Source: the human T2T-CHM13v2.0 reference genome, Homo sapiens. From it: a stretch of DNA of 64,000 nt. The notes under the pieces are model-generated. The model was not told the origin of the DNA. It saw only the letters and a list, made by a program, of their open reading frames with translations, and searched no databases. Both the position numbers and the translations under genes were made by a program. Where the stretch lies: assembly GCF_009914755.1 (NCBI RefSeq), contig NC_060925.1. One strand, written 5' to 3'. Shown piece by piece: positions 16,336 to 33,079 of this stretch (within the stretch, counting starts at the first letter, position 1; every line of letters starts with the position of its first letter).

Positions 16336-17439
16336 GCAGTGTTTCTTGGAGTCTAAAAATTGTATTCATATTTAATCCTGAACAATGTAAATGTCACCTT
16401 CCCCGCACACCCCAAGGGCATCTAACACATGACAGAGTATTCCATTTATGTGATGGCATAAAAACAGTGGATAGTCCCATATATGATGGCTGTTTAGCCT
16501 AGTAATTTTCAAAGCATCCTCTCCCAAATGAACTGATTTCTATTTCAAGTGAATAGTTTATTTGGTCAGTAAATGCCAAATTTAAGATTGACTTGGGAAT
16601 ACAACACATGAAGTCAAAGAGTATTTCTGTCACTCCAAATGTGAATTGTAAGTTTAATACCCAAGGTTGAATGAGCACATGTTTGAAAATGGTTTCCTGA
16701 TGTAAGACCAAAGCCTCTGTAAAAGTTGTGGTATATAAGAATTTATGTTCATTTGGTTTCTAAATCCAGTTACTCTATAATTTCATTTGGTGAATAATCA
16801 ATGCAATTTCTAAAGTCTTCCATTTCAATATTTCTTAAAATAATTTTTTATTCTTTTATTTCATTTCTTTTATCATTGCTCTCCTTAAAAAATTTAGTTT
16901 CTTTTGTTATTGCTCTCTTTTCTTTTTCTAGCAAACCATTCCTTCAACACATTTTAATATTTCCAACTTAAAGTTAGCATTAGAACTGACAGACATTTAT
17001 GAGCCATTTATTGTATTCTGAACACTTCATACAGATCTCCACCTCCCGGGGAATTCAGGACCTGTATTCTGAGAGATTGAGTGGGCGGTTGAACCCACCG
17101 CGGAAGGGGGCACTGCTGAATAAGAAACAAGAGTCTTGCCCGACAGATTATTTTTCTCATATTTTTGGTTTTATCTCCATGGGCACTGTTCCAGATACCT
17201 GCAAACTTCTACAGTGAAGGACAGGCAGTGATGTTCCCATGTTTGTGGTAGGGCCAGCTATGAGCAGAATTTAAGTAGCTTTTCTTTTTCTTTGATTTGT
17301 CCTCTCAGAGCTGTAGTCAACAGCCCTTTGGCCTAGGCTACAGCTACCCTCTCCCATTGCAATATACTCTAGAACAAAACAGTTGTCTTTCTCCAGACAG
17401 TTCTTATGTTTTCCTCATATCATGGATTCCACATTTCCT

Positions 17440-17652
17440 CAGCAATGCTGCCAATAGAAGTTTCTGTAATGATGAAAATGGTTTATATCTGCATTGTCCA
17501 ATATGGTAGCAACCAGCCACATGTGGTTATTAAGCACTTGAAATGTGCCTAGTGTGACTCAGCAACTGAATTTTAAATTGTATTTAATTTTGATTAATTT
17601 AAATTTAAATGGCTGCAAGTGGCCAGTGGCTATCTTTTTGGACAACAAAGCT
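17440..17652 (+). mobile_element. MER3-like hAT MITE
   Basis: 'ttgtccaatatggtagcaaccagccacatgtggttattaagcacttgaaatgtg' with AT-rich palindromic centre. Confidence 0.75.
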
Positions 17653-17929
17653 CTATGGGTTCTTTAGGGATGATTTGTGGGAGGGAGACAGGACCCTTGC
17701 TAATCTACCATCTTTGCAGAACCTTGAATGCCTTTTATTAGTCAATTTGCCTTTCATTAATTTTGTTTTGTGCTGTTTTGTTGTGTTTTCCTAAACTGAG
17801 ATAATAGTTCAATGATTACGGTTCTCCAAGCCTATGCCTCTTAAACCGGGGTAAGATTTGCTTAAGGAGTAAGCCACAAGGCCACAGGATAAGTATGGCA
17901 CTTTTTAAAAAATATCATTTCTCTGGCAT

Positions 17930-19035
17930 TTTTAAAATAATAAACTTTACGTTAAGGCAGTTTTAGAGTTACAAAAAGACGGCAAAGATAGTACAGAGAA
18001 TTCCTATGTATTCCCACACCAAGTTTTCTCTAGTATTAACATCTTAGGCTAGTATGATACATTTGTTACAATGAATTAAACAATATTGATATGTCATCAT
18101 TAACTCATCTGTAATTTATTTCAAATCCAAATTTCCTTAGCTTTTACCCAATGTTCTTTTTCTGGTTCAGGATTCCATCCAGGATAGCAGATTTCATTTA
18201 GTAGTCATACCTCCTTATGCTTCTCTTGGTTGCAAAAGTTTCTTAGATCTTCTTTGTTTTTATGAACTTGACACAATTGAGAAGTACTGGTCGGGTATTT
18301 TGTAGAATCTCCATCAAATGGGTTTTGTCTAATGTTTTCTCATGATTAATTTAGGGTTATGTGTCATACCTCCTTATGCTTCTCTTGGTTGCAAAAGTTT
18401 CTTAGATCTTCTTTGTTTTTATGAACTTGACACAATTGAGAAGTACTGGTCGGGTATTTTGTAGAATCTCCATCAAATGGGTTTTGTCTAATGTTTTCTC
18501 ATGATTAATTTAGGGTTATGGGTTTGGGGGAGGAAGATCACAGATGTAAAATGCCATTCCATCACATCATATTAAGGATACATTCTACCAATGTGACTTA
18601 CCATAGTTGATGTTAACCTTGCTCGTCTGGCTGAGGTAGTGTTGTCTGGCTGAGGTAGTGTTGTCTGGCTTCCCACTGGAAAGTTACTCTTTTTTCTCCT
18701 TTCTCCATTTTAGTTTTAAAAATGAAGTCCCCATGCTTAAGGAGTAGGAGTCATGTTCCACCTACTTGAAGGTAGAGGACCTACATATATTATTTAGTGT
18801 TCTTCTGCATGGGAGATTTGTCTGTTCTCCCACATTAACTATTTTATTTATTCAATCATTTATTTATATTAGTATGGACAATGAACATTTATTTTAGACT
18901 TGGTTTGTAATCCAATACTACTTTATTTTGTTGCTGAAAATATTCCTGCTTCAGTCATTGGGAGCTCTTTTAATTGACTCATGTTCCTTTGACATGCCCC
19001 CGTCATTGTGGGGTTTTTTATTTTAATTTTTGAGT
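17930..19035 (-). mobile_element. Old L1M (L1MB/MC-type) 3' fragment
   Basis: Reverse complement of L1M 3'UTR ('gatagtacagagaattcctatgta', 'aaaatgccattccatcacatcatattaagg'). Confidence 0.7.
18204..18520. repeat. Perfect tandem duplication, 2 x 158 bp with a 1-nt spacer
   Basis: 18204-18361 and 18363-18520 are identical by direct comparison. Confidence 0.95.
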
Positions 19036-19039
19036 ACTG

Positions 19040-20760
<1,721 letters not shown>

Positions 20761-21764
20761 TTCTCTTACTTGATGGTTACCAAAAAAGTATTCATTAAAA
20801 CTGACATGTTTTTTTTTTCAAATAAAATGCAACATTTGCATGACTTTGAAACATTTCTTTCTTGCGGTGGCTGCTAAAATCTTACTTCCAACCTATCCAG
20901 ATGATTCCAAGTTTTGCAGGGATACATGTATATGTGTTTATTTTTCTCTGCCATTTCTAACTTAGAGGCATCTCACCGGCAAGAAATTGAGATGTACTGT
21001 TCTAGTCTATGATATACAGTCCAGCCTTCTCTGTCTTTATAAGGGATTGCCAGCATTTAATCTTACCTGCCATAGGTGAAGTTGATTGGGGAAATGGGGT
21101 ACACTGTTAACCTCTGTGGAATATAAGAATAGAATTGAACTAGACACTTATTTTACATTCGGATCTTTAATGACCTGATATTATTATTTTTAATTATATG
21201 ACAGAAATTCTGGGGTGCCATAGACACTGTTTTGATGGCCTCTGTTACTCATTAACCTTTGCAGACATTCTTACATTCTAGATAATCTTCCAAGAGTATC
21301 AGAGGAAAGGAAAATGAATGACAAATCTTACTATGATCAATATATGATGATTAACACCTTCACAGCTCTTGTTGTTGCTTTTCATTTTCTGAGGGTTATT
21401 CCTTGTTTGCTTTTTAGATGAGGAAACTCTCTACTCCTTATGTCTTTCATTTCTCTAAAATTAGAGTGAAACTTCTTGGTAGAAAAGTGTCTTGATCATA
21501 TCCCTACTTTATTATCTTCAAGTGATTTATTCTCTGGGCCTTAAGAAAAAAACCTCAAAAAGGGGAAAATAAGTTTGCTATGCTCCATAACGATCCAGAC
21601 ACCTTCATGGAGACTGTGGCAGAGGCAAACTCTATCCCACCCATCTCCCCAGCCTCTCAGCCTTGTAATAGTACCTGCCCTGATCTGGCCCCTGCCTCCT
21701 AATAAGAAATGTAGAATGAGAGTTATGTGAGCTCAGTTAGTATAAAAAGCACTGCAGCCCTTAA

Positions 21765-22046
<282 letters not shown>

Positions 22047-22929
22047 TAATATTTAACTTTTGCAAACTCTCCTATTTTAAATTATCTTTCAAGCAGCCTG
22101 CAATTCTCTGCATCTGAAAGTCTCTCTTTCACCTTTCATTTCCTTTGTCTGGAAAAATAACAAAGTACATTGTACAATGATCACGTAATACAGTCCTTGA
22201 GCTTTCATTTGGGAGAACATTGTTGTAATGGTGTTATAATATATGAGAATGTTTTAGTGAATCTAATACTTAAATCTTTTGGACCAATGGAGATCTTTAG
22301 GTCAATAATTCTCTCTCCCTATGTACATATACATGTATATATTTATATTCATACATACACACATATAAATATGTAAAAATAAGTATATATCATATTAAAT
22401 ATATATTTAACACTATGTAAAATAGTAATAGCATGACATGTTATATGGATGCAGGTTAATTGCTGAGACTTAAAATTACTATGGACTTCATTGAATGTGA
22501 GTAGCAAACCTTCTTGCATTAATTTTGATATATCTGATTAATCGGAGAATTGAGACCCACTTTCAATAGGAGTTTCTAGTCTAGATTACATATTCAAAGT
22601 GTAAATTTTTAATGGAAAATACAAATTTTCTGTGTCTCTACCAATCTATAAAGGCCTTTCCAACTGTTACCTCCTTTATGAAATCTTTGCTTATTGCTTT
22701 AATTGAATATGCCCTATCTCTTCTTTAAATCTCAGAGTGCTTCCTGTCTTTCTTATTTTATGTCCTGTTTACATTATGATTACCTTTGTATTTATAGTGT
22801 TAAGCATCGAGTTCCATAGCACCCAGCTCAGTGTTTTATGCTTAACATTTCCTAAGTATATATATTCTAGAAATATCTGTAGAATGCGTCAGTGGAGTAG
22901 GTAGTGGGAATTGTAATGTGAGAAAAACT

Positions 22930-23460
22930 ATAATGGTTGGAGTGTCCAGAGCCTAATAGGTAAGACAGGTATTAATGAAATAATCATACAAGTGAATGTC
23001 TATTTGCAAACTGAGAGATAAGGGCCTGCAGGAAAGGAATATAATTTTATGAAAGGAATGAAAAAAAGGAACCTGACCTGGCATTGAGATTCAGAGAAGC
23101 CACCTTGAGGAAGTGGTACTGAACTGAAATCTGAAATGTGAGTAGGAATTAAACTTCCCCAAAAGATGTAGGGGAGGGCAGGAAAAGCATTGGCTCCTAA
23201 CAAGAGCAGCCAGATCAAAAGTCTATGGCACAGGATAGAAAATGAAGAAAGACCAGGGTGGCTTTGGTGTGGGAAATCATGGAAGGCAGAGAGGTGCATT
23301 GAGACTTGGCCCTCAGGGCCTTGCAGGCATGATAGGAATTTTACCCTCAAATGTAGAAATCCGCTGGAGGCTTTTAAGTGGGATGCTGTGCAGATGGTGT
23401 TAAAATGAACAGATTTGTGCTTTGAGAGTATCACTCCATCAGTGGGAGAGGATGGTTAAT
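22930..23460 (-). mobile_element. LINE2 fragment
   Basis: Purine-rich L2-like 'gggccttgcaggcatgataggaattttaccctcaaatgtagaaatccgctggaggcttttaag'. Confidence 0.55.
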
Positions 23461-23530
23461 AGGCTTGTGCAGTATTCCATATGAGAATGCCTTTTTGAAT
23501 ATATCAAAAAATTGCTTTTTAAGGTTTTAG

Positions 23531-23947
<417 letters not shown>

Positions 23948-24069
23948 TAGTAAGTTGCTCTCATGGATTAATATGACACTACAGATTATTAATTCTATTA
24001 ATATAGCCAGTTAATGAAAACTTCAAAAATATAGAGGATACTACCATCCTAATACATATAATCCTATAA

Positions 24070-24450
<381 letters not shown>

Positions 24451-24469
24451 TAACATTTTATACAGGGGT

Positions 24470-24516
24470 TATCATATCATATCATATCATATATCCTATC
24501 CTATCATATCATATCA
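24470..24516. repeat. (ATATC)n microsatellite
   Basis: Direct reading. Confidence 0.85.
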
Positions 24517-25691
24517 ATTTTCTCCTCATTTCTTTCTACCATTATTTTTAATGATATAGCATTTTATTCCAAAGTCCACTTAAACTGTTTGAGATTCTTT
24601 ATGTTGCTTCCAGCTTTATCTTTTCTTAAATCATTTTTTAACAGCTTCTGATATCTTCTGCCAAATTGTTTCCTCAAACTGTGTACCAACTTATAATGCC
24701 ACTAACAATGAGTGGGAATGCTAGCCTGAAGGTCTGAGGAGCTAGGACTGGGTGACCTAGACCAGGGTATTCTCCCAAAGTTAGACCAGTTATTCCAGGA
24801 GGTGAGTCAAGCACAAAGTATAAGTGCACAAGACAGCATTTCTAAGTCTGAGTAAGGATTGAGGAAAGTTAACTAGGGAAGCTAAGGATTGCTATGATCT
24901 TATTATACAATATCATTCTAAGGACTCATACCATTATTTTATTCCAGGGACCTAGAATTTAGCATCAGGGTAAATTTATTTACAAATTGTTGAACTGAAT
25001 TTAGTTCATCACCACTGATGCGCAGGTAGTTTCTCTCTGTGCTTTTCTTTAAACCATGAGGATATAAAATTTAGGCTTCACAGAGATCTCTCTTCTTCTG
25101 GATATATTCTTCTAGAAGAATATTCATATATTATTAGCATTTGTGAAAATCATGATGGATCCATCTGGAGCTTTGCTATAGGGTTGGTCATTTTCCATGG
25201 ATCAAAATCCCAGATCTTGCAAGGGGTCTCGTGGTCTCCACCACCATTTTGTTTGCATAGGATTTCACAAGACTTTAGTCTCCCAGCTACCTTGAATGGA
25301 ATGGGGAAACTAAGTAAGCTGAATTCCTATTAAAAAAAGGAGTATTGCCCACTTTGGGGGTAAGGGAGAGGTAGTAGAACATATTGCTCTGGAAAAGGAA
25401 ATGAAGGAAAGAAAAAGCTCATACACCCTGCACTTGAACAAATTGGCTATCACTGGAACATGCCTTTGAAAAATTGCAATCTTCTGTCTCTGGCTAAGAT
25501 TTTTAGAAAAATATTTGGAAAACTATTGTCATGACTAGGTAATTAGAAGTGCTTAAGTTTGTTTTGAAACTCCCTTGATAATTTAATCCACAAATAATAA
25601 GTAATTTCTATGTTTGGAAATATATGATAGACACTTTAATTCTTTTTTAAAATGTATGTTCCACTCATTACTATTAATTATGTATAAATGA

Positions 25692-25871
<180 letters not shown>

Positions 25872-26169
25872 TAATATTGCCATCTGATTATTCTTTTTCT
25901 GATAGAATCATGGAAGAGTCCAAAGTCTTCTGTAGATTTTTCATGGTGAGGTTCCAAAGGAAATATTTTTTTCCTCTAAAAATAAAACTGGAGCTATAGA
26001 AATAGAGTCACTGGGCCTCTTATATTTCTGATTCATCTTACTGTACTTGGAATACCAACATTTTGATTTTGTTATTACTTTTTAAATTGTCTTCAAATCT
26101 AAGCAACCTAGCAATGATATTTCAAGAGATAAACATTTCATTTGTTGTTAGAATAAAAATCATTAAAAA

Positions 26170-26800
26170 AATTCATACATGTATTATCCAACAGATATTA
26201 ATTGAGCATTGTTCTAAGCACTGTGGATTGAATAGTGAACATAAGTTTCTGCCCTTATGGATCTTAAATACCAGTGCTCTAATTGAGAGTGATGGGCAAT
26301 AAATAATTATATAATGTCAGATAGAAATAAGTGCCATGAAGGAAAACAAAAGCAAGATAAAGGGATGGCATTAAATGTGGCACTTTAGTTGATAGCCAGA
26401 AATGGTCTTTCTAAGGAGGTGGATGATATTCGAGTAAAACCTTGCAAGTACAGTAAGACCCTACTTGATATAGTCAATAGATTCTTGGAAACTGCAACTT
26501 TATGCAACATGAACTACAGGAGGTCCTTGAATAACATCATTTTGTTCAAGGTAGTTTCATTATAATGTTGATGAGAAAAAAAAGGTTTTGTTATACATTG
26601 CCATTTCACTTAACATTGCAGTTTCCAAGAGCCTATCAATGATGTTCAGTGAAGACATAACTGTACAAATAGCAAAAGCATTCCAGGCAAAGGGACAGTG
26701 TGTGAAGAGCCCCTAAAGAGTGGGGATGCTTGGTGGTTCAAGAAACAGCAAGGAAATCAGTGTGTGTGGAGTGAACAAGATAGAGATTGGCAGGTGTGGA
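26170..26800 (-). mobile_element. LINE2 3' fragment interrupted by a Tigger MITE
   Basis: 'caacagatattaattgagcattgttctaagcactgtgg' and 'cattccaggcaaagggacagtgtgtgaagagccc'. Confidence 0.6.
26451..26663. mobile_element. TcMar-Tigger MITE (MER6-like)
   Basis: TA|cagta...taactg|TA, with long imperfect terminal inverted repeats (ttcttggaaactgcaa / ttgcagtttccaaga). Confidence 0.7.
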
Positions 26801-27095
26801 AGGTTGGGTCCTCCAGGAGTAGATACTGAGACAGTCATCATAACAAGTTTGACACTTTGGCCCATTATAATGTAAAAATGATCAGGTAGAGAGGAATGGC
26901 AAATAAATAAATTTGAAAAAATATTTTGCTAATTTACAGTAGATATGATGCTGAACAAAATAATAAGTATTTTATTAATGTGATCACAACATATTTTTAT
27001 CTTCATTTTTTATTTTTATATTTTTGAAGGTAATAAGAGATTTGTGATGAATTCAGAAAATGTCTACTATAATTTTTGATACAGAAAGAAATTAA

Positions 27096-27257
<162 letters not shown>

Positions 27258-27435
27258 TGAGGTTAAGAATCTTTACGGCAAAAGTCCTTACGCGTATTCA
27301 AACCCTGATTTAAAACCTTCTAAATTAGGAATATTAAAGTCTTCTAAGTGCTTTTATATGTAGTCTGTATACAATTAAGATAGCATAAAAAGGAAAGGCC
27401 TGTTGTCAGGAAATGGCATTCCATTTTGCTAGGAC

Positions 27436-27899
27436 TGTAAGAGTTAAAGAATGAGGAAAGAAACACGAAACACAGCTTAACAGTTAAAGACAGGTTTTCT
27501 TTAGATAAAACCTGAGGGGCTTCTGGCCAATTTTGTTCAGGAGCCCCTTTCTCTTACAGACTAAGAGTATGTATTGGTTTTAGGGTGAGGGGGCTTATCA
27601 CAAGCTTGGAATGTTTATGTGTGAGGGAGAAGTTTATGGCGGGGTTGGAATGTCTCTGGGAGGAGGGGAGGTTATCTTGGGGCTGACATCTTTCCAGCTG
27701 GATGGGGAGGGTTATCTTGGGGCTGTCATGTGCCTGGTCAGGGAGGATGGAATGTTTCTGGTTGGAGATGTTATTTGTGGTTTATGGTAATGCTGACCTT
27801 AGCCATTAGGCTGATGCCCTTTGGATTTAGGTGGTTTTTGATTAAGGGGAATTTTAATATGAGGTGCTTGTCCATGATGGTGATGCTCCTGCTCTGTCA
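27436..27899 (-). mobile_element. MER61-like ERV1 solo LTR
   Basis: TG...CA ends, perfect 5-bp TSD aggac, minus-strand start TGACAGAGCAGGAGCATC. Confidence 0.8.
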
Positions 27900-28630
27900 A
27901 GGACAACATAACTTCAAGGAAGAATTTAGTTTTTAAAAAAAAATGTACATACATTCAGGAAACAACAAGCTTATAACAGGAAATCCTAAGCAGTATGTTC
28001 TTGGAGGTGGCAAAAATGGCTTTCAGAGTTCTGCAGTTTGGGTTAAGGACGTTTTGTGGTGAAGTGGGTGGTAAAAGTAGCCTTTTAGTGGTGACCTGGA
28101 GCAGTCAGTTCATTTATGATCAGCAGGCACTCTGCTTTTTAGAGATCAGCACTGTGTGGCTCCAGTCTGCTTGGCTTGTCAGGCAAATGGCTGAGTTCCG
28201 TGGATGGTGGCATGGGTGCCATGATACTCTGCGCTGAGAAGTCCAGCGTGGTTATTTTACACATGCCAAATCTCTGTAGAAACCATCGTCTTCAGGCAAA
28301 AAAGAGAGAGAGGAGATTTTAGAATCTGAATTTATCTTGTAGTTAAGTGAGTTGATGGGGCCACATCAAATGGAATTTTTTCTGGTACCCACTTTGTGAC
28401 CATTTTTAATATTTCAATTTCTTTGAGAGAAATCTATCCAGTGTTTAGCATGGTGCTTGGCACACAGCTTTCAATAAGTATTGGCTATTTCTATTATTAC
28501 AGTGATTTTCAGCTTGGGTCTAGATAAAAGTTTGGTAGAAATCTTCATGGGCTAGCATGTGAAAATGCATCTGACCCTACGGAGGCATAGTTGATCTGGT
28601 GGACTAATTTCTAGCTTGTCTGTTCACTAA

Positions 28631-28858
<228 letters not shown>

Positions 28859-30308
28859 TAAAAGGTCATATTTTATTCAATTCATCTTAATATATCTGTT
28901 ATTATATACTTTCAAGAATAGCAGGATGCAGGGATTTGAAATCAGGAAGAAACAAATTTCAGCGCATAGTTTATCGTATGAGAGTTCACAATATACATAT
29001 GTTGCTTCTGTGTCACAGTACATAATAAAATAAATATTAGAAAGTTAAGGGTCAATCTGATGGAGAACAGATATTTGGATACACTTTTTTTGGTATAAAC
29101 TGTATTTAGGCAAAAGGCTGGAATCAATATTTTTAATGTCTATAATTATCTCCATAATTATTTAAATAAATTAGAAAATTATATAATCCTCAAACATTAC
29201 AATCTGAAAAATGCAGTGATCATAATAAAACTTATATTTATGCAGAAGTTCCATTCAAGTACAAGTACTTTATGAGAGTTAGTCAACTATAATAAAATAA
29301 TTTGTATTTACTTCTATAGTAGGATTTTTCAGAAAGCTCTAAATTTAGTGACTGTTTTATTAATTCTCATAATGTCCCTTGAAGCAAAGCTAGCTTTCCA
29401 CTCATAAAACTGGAAAAATAGAATTCAGTCAAGTCAAAATATACAGATTTTTAAACAATACTTATTTGGAGGTTATTATCCAGGTTTGGTGATTGCATCT
29501 TTATCATTAGTCACTTGTTAAAAGTTTTCAATGGTTTCCTTTTGAATACAAGATATAAACTAAAGCCCCCTGAAGCTATTAATAGTACTCAAGGACCTCT
29601 TTCTACAATCTGTTATCAACCTACCTATACGACTTTTTCTATCCCTGGGCCTTGATGATACCTTTACTGTTCCCATCCACCTTCACAGAGCCTTCCTTGT
29701 ACATGAAGATCTTGCTCTAGGCCCTTCTTTCCTCAAGCCTTCCTTTAACCAGTGTAATTCAAAAGAATTTCTACCCCCTTTAAGTTCCTAGATCATTGTA
29801 CTGTTTTTTTAGTTGTGGATAGTGCTCTGAATTCAAAGACTGTATTTTATCCATCACAAATATTTGTAGTACTCCTCCTGCTGTTTTTTATGTGCAAAGC
29901 ACTGAGATACATATTCTTACATTTATTAAGATTTTTACTTACATTCTCAATGTTTCAGTTTCCTCTTCTGTGAAATAGGCTGCTTACCTTATTAGGTTGT
30001 TTGCGGGACTAAAGAAGATGGTACTTGTGACATAGTAAGGTCTCAACAAATATTAATTATTATTGTACATATTTATGTATTTTATATTACTATTATTATT
30101 CTTTCAGTTACCCTATGGGACAAGTGTTATTCTCTCTATTTTGCAAAAGAGAAAGCTGAAGCTCATAGTGGTTCGGTAACTTGTTTTAGAGGCAAGATTA
30201 GCTTACCAGTTTGTCTGGCTTTGGAGCCTGTTCTAATAGCAGCTGTTCTCTATAGCAGTGGCTTCTTTTTCTTTCTTTCTTCTTCGCCATGACCCACAGT
30301 GAAAAAAA

Positions 30309-30381
30309 CTTAGGTTGGTGCAAAAGTAATTGCAGTTTTGGCATTTTTAATGTATAAATACGTTTTACCTTCCAACCTAGT
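30309..30381. mobile_element. MADE1 mariner MITE
   Basis: taggttggtgcaaaagtaattgc...ccaacctag inverted ends. Confidence 0.75.
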
Positions 30382-31909
30382 ACACCATAGATACAGATAT
30401 GCAAGACCGAAATGAAAGATACGCAAAGCAGCTTTACTTCTTGCTTGAAATAGAATGTTTTAAAATTATATTTTATTTGTTAAAAATGCTGGTTGCAAGA
30501 CACTAAATTGATTTCACAACATTCGAATGGCCTATGATTTGCAGTTAGAAAAACACTGTTCTACAGCTTATCAATGAATAAGTAAACAACTAATATTGTA
30601 GACATAATGAACAAAGAAAAAGATTGAATTGTAATTTTTCAGCAGGAGAAAGAATGCCCTGTCTTCAGAAGCAGCAGTAGTGTTGTTTTATATACGAACA
30701 ATTCTTTTTATAGAAACTTCGCTTTGCCTGAGTCTAATCAGCCACACTCCTATATACTCCTCACCTGTGCTGTTGCTCACTAAGCCAGAGTCTTCTTTCA
30801 TTAAAACAGTGTTGCCGAGTTTTTCAAGTAAATATTTTTTCTCTCATTTATCTTTTACTAAGAATTTATACAGTGACATTTTGTGTAGTTGTGATGATAT
30901 TTCAGAGAGAGATATATATATGTCGTTCATTCATTTGTTCAACAAGCACATGGTGAGTATTTATATGTAAGGCTTGGCTGTTGCTAGGGTCTGGGAGAAC
31001 AGATTTTTCTTACCATATGAGAAATAAGACAGTGAGGTCAGAGAAGAGTGGCTGGGTTGAAAGTAGAATAGGAAGAGCTTGTCTCCTTTTGCCTCTCTAA
31101 AATAGTTCTTTTCTATTCATTTCATCCATATATTCAATATGATTGAATACTTACCCTATACCAGTCACTATAGCATGCCCTGGCATTATAAGGATAAGAA
31201 AAACACTATATGCTCCTGAGTATACAGTTTAATGGGGATGATAATCATTAATACATTTATCATGGAAATAGCATTACTTTTTTTTTGTACAAATTTATGG
31301 GGCACATGAGAAATTTTGTTACATGTATATAACATATAATGATCCAATCACAACCTTATAGTTGTAAACTACATGTTGTGAAAGAAGGGGTTCCATTGTG
31401 CTGAGCGCTTATAATGTGGGAACCTGGCTTAGTGTATCCGTGGGGGTGAGTGGATAAAGTTAAGCAAATTACATTTGGGCCAAGATCTGGTAGATGAACA
31501 ATCATTAACTAGGTTTTGAGGCAGAGATGTGGTGTCCAGCTAAGTACCTGCAAACACTAAGCCATGTGGAAGGCAGTACCTAGCATATTCACAAACTGGA
31601 AATAGGAAGACTATAAGACTTTTTCTTAAATATGAGGGTTTTATGTCAAAAAACCTATATACTTATCTAAGTAAAATTGCCAAATTTTCAGTATATAGGT
31701 ATATATTAATTCAGGGAATGATCATCTTACTTTTTAATGTCACTTAAAAAGAGGCTGAAACACTCTCTCTTCAGCATTTAAGCTCTGAAATCTTACCTAT
31801 GGACCACCATGAAGTGGTTTCTCAGTGTTCAGGAGGGCCATGAAATGATCAGGCCCACATCAGCAAAATGCAGTTTAAACCTGCAGCAAATTATTTTTCC
31901 CTTTTCCAG

Positions 31910-31957
31910 AAAATGCCTGGCACAAAGGAACTACTGGGTGGAGGTTGGTTGACTTAG
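31910..31957 (+). CDS. LEPR: Alternative terminal exon of a short LEPR isoform (KMPGTKELLGGGWLT*, HuB219.2, 906 aa)
   Basis: Pyrimidine tract ttttcccttttccag, phase 0, known peptide. Confidence 0.92.
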   Translation, partial: KMPGTKELLGGGWLT

Positions 31958-32437
31958 GAAATGCTTGTAGACTACGTCCTACCTCGCTGCCGCACCTGCT
32001 CTCCCTGAGGTGTGCACAATGCTGCCACAGGTCATCTGACAGACCTTATATACAAGTAGATTGAAATATTGCCACATTTTTTCAAGTTCTGGTAAATTAA
32101 AGAAATGTGAAGAATTTTTAAAATACAGTGGGTGTGAATGTTCTTATTTGTAGGACTGATTTTTTAAAAATCTCTGGAAATATTTGACTTTCTAATCTTA
32201 TAAATTATTTTTTAAGCACAGCTAACCCACAAGATGCTTAGTTTATTACTAGGGCTGACCAGGCGCATAAATAACACTATTAGGAATAAATTAGGTTTTG
32301 GAATATAATAGAACATTTAAAGAGTAAAGGAGAATATAACTTCAAAGATTTTATTAATGATAAAAATCTTCTAAAATTCATTAACTTTTTTTCTCTTTAG
32401 CCTGTTGTTTTAATCTCCTAAACAATTAAAATGTACC

Positions 32438-32724
32438 CTTTTCTTTTTGAGACAGGGTCTCGCTCTGTCACCCAGGCTGGAGCGCAGCGGTGAGATCTCA
32501 GCTCACTGCAGCCTCGACGTCCTTGGGCTCAACTGATCCTCCCACCTCATCCCCTTTAGTATCTGGGACCATAGGCGCGTGCCACCACGCCCGGCTAATT
32601 TTTGTAGATATGGGGTTTTGTCATGTTGCCCAGGCTGGTCTCGAACTCCCAGGCTCAAGTGATCCACCCATCTCGGCCTCCCAAAATGCTGGACTTAACA
32701 GATGTGAGCCACCACACCCTGCCT
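32438..32724 (-). mobile_element. AluJ
   Basis: 'gagacagggtctcgctctgtcacccaggctgg...gagccaccacaccctgcc'. Confidence 0.9.
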
Positions 32725-33079
32725 AAAATATGCTTTTTAAAGGAAAAATAATATAGTGTAACTCACTTTATATTACTAAACAGGAAAAGGCAAATTTACC
32801 ATCCACCCTATGTTTCATATTCATGTTATTTAAATTATTTCATAGGGCTAATAGCCTTATATTTTCTGATGATAAAACTGAGGCCCAGAGTGGTTCAGTA
32901 GCTTGTCTTGCTCACCCAGCCTGTCCATGTAACATCTGTGGTTCAAATCCAGATCTATCTGACTCAAATTGATACCCGTGCCATCAGTTCCATATTAACA
33001 ATGTATTTCTTAATATGCTTAATGCCACTAAATTATACACTTAAAAATAGTTCAAATGGTAAATATTGTTACGTATATT

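Noticed and set aside
18632-18660. TGAGGTAGT resembling the let-7 5' end, twice
   Set aside because: Only 9 nt match, there is no pre-miRNA hairpin, and it lies inside an L1 micro-duplication.
23000-23434. 144-aa minus-strand ORF
   Set aside because: It overlaps degenerate L2 sequence, with no recognisable homology or splice context.
27660-27745. p53 response element expected in some MER61 LTRs
   Set aside because: No intact RRRCWWGYYY pair is visible. The best half-site (tgtcatgtgc) has several mismatches.
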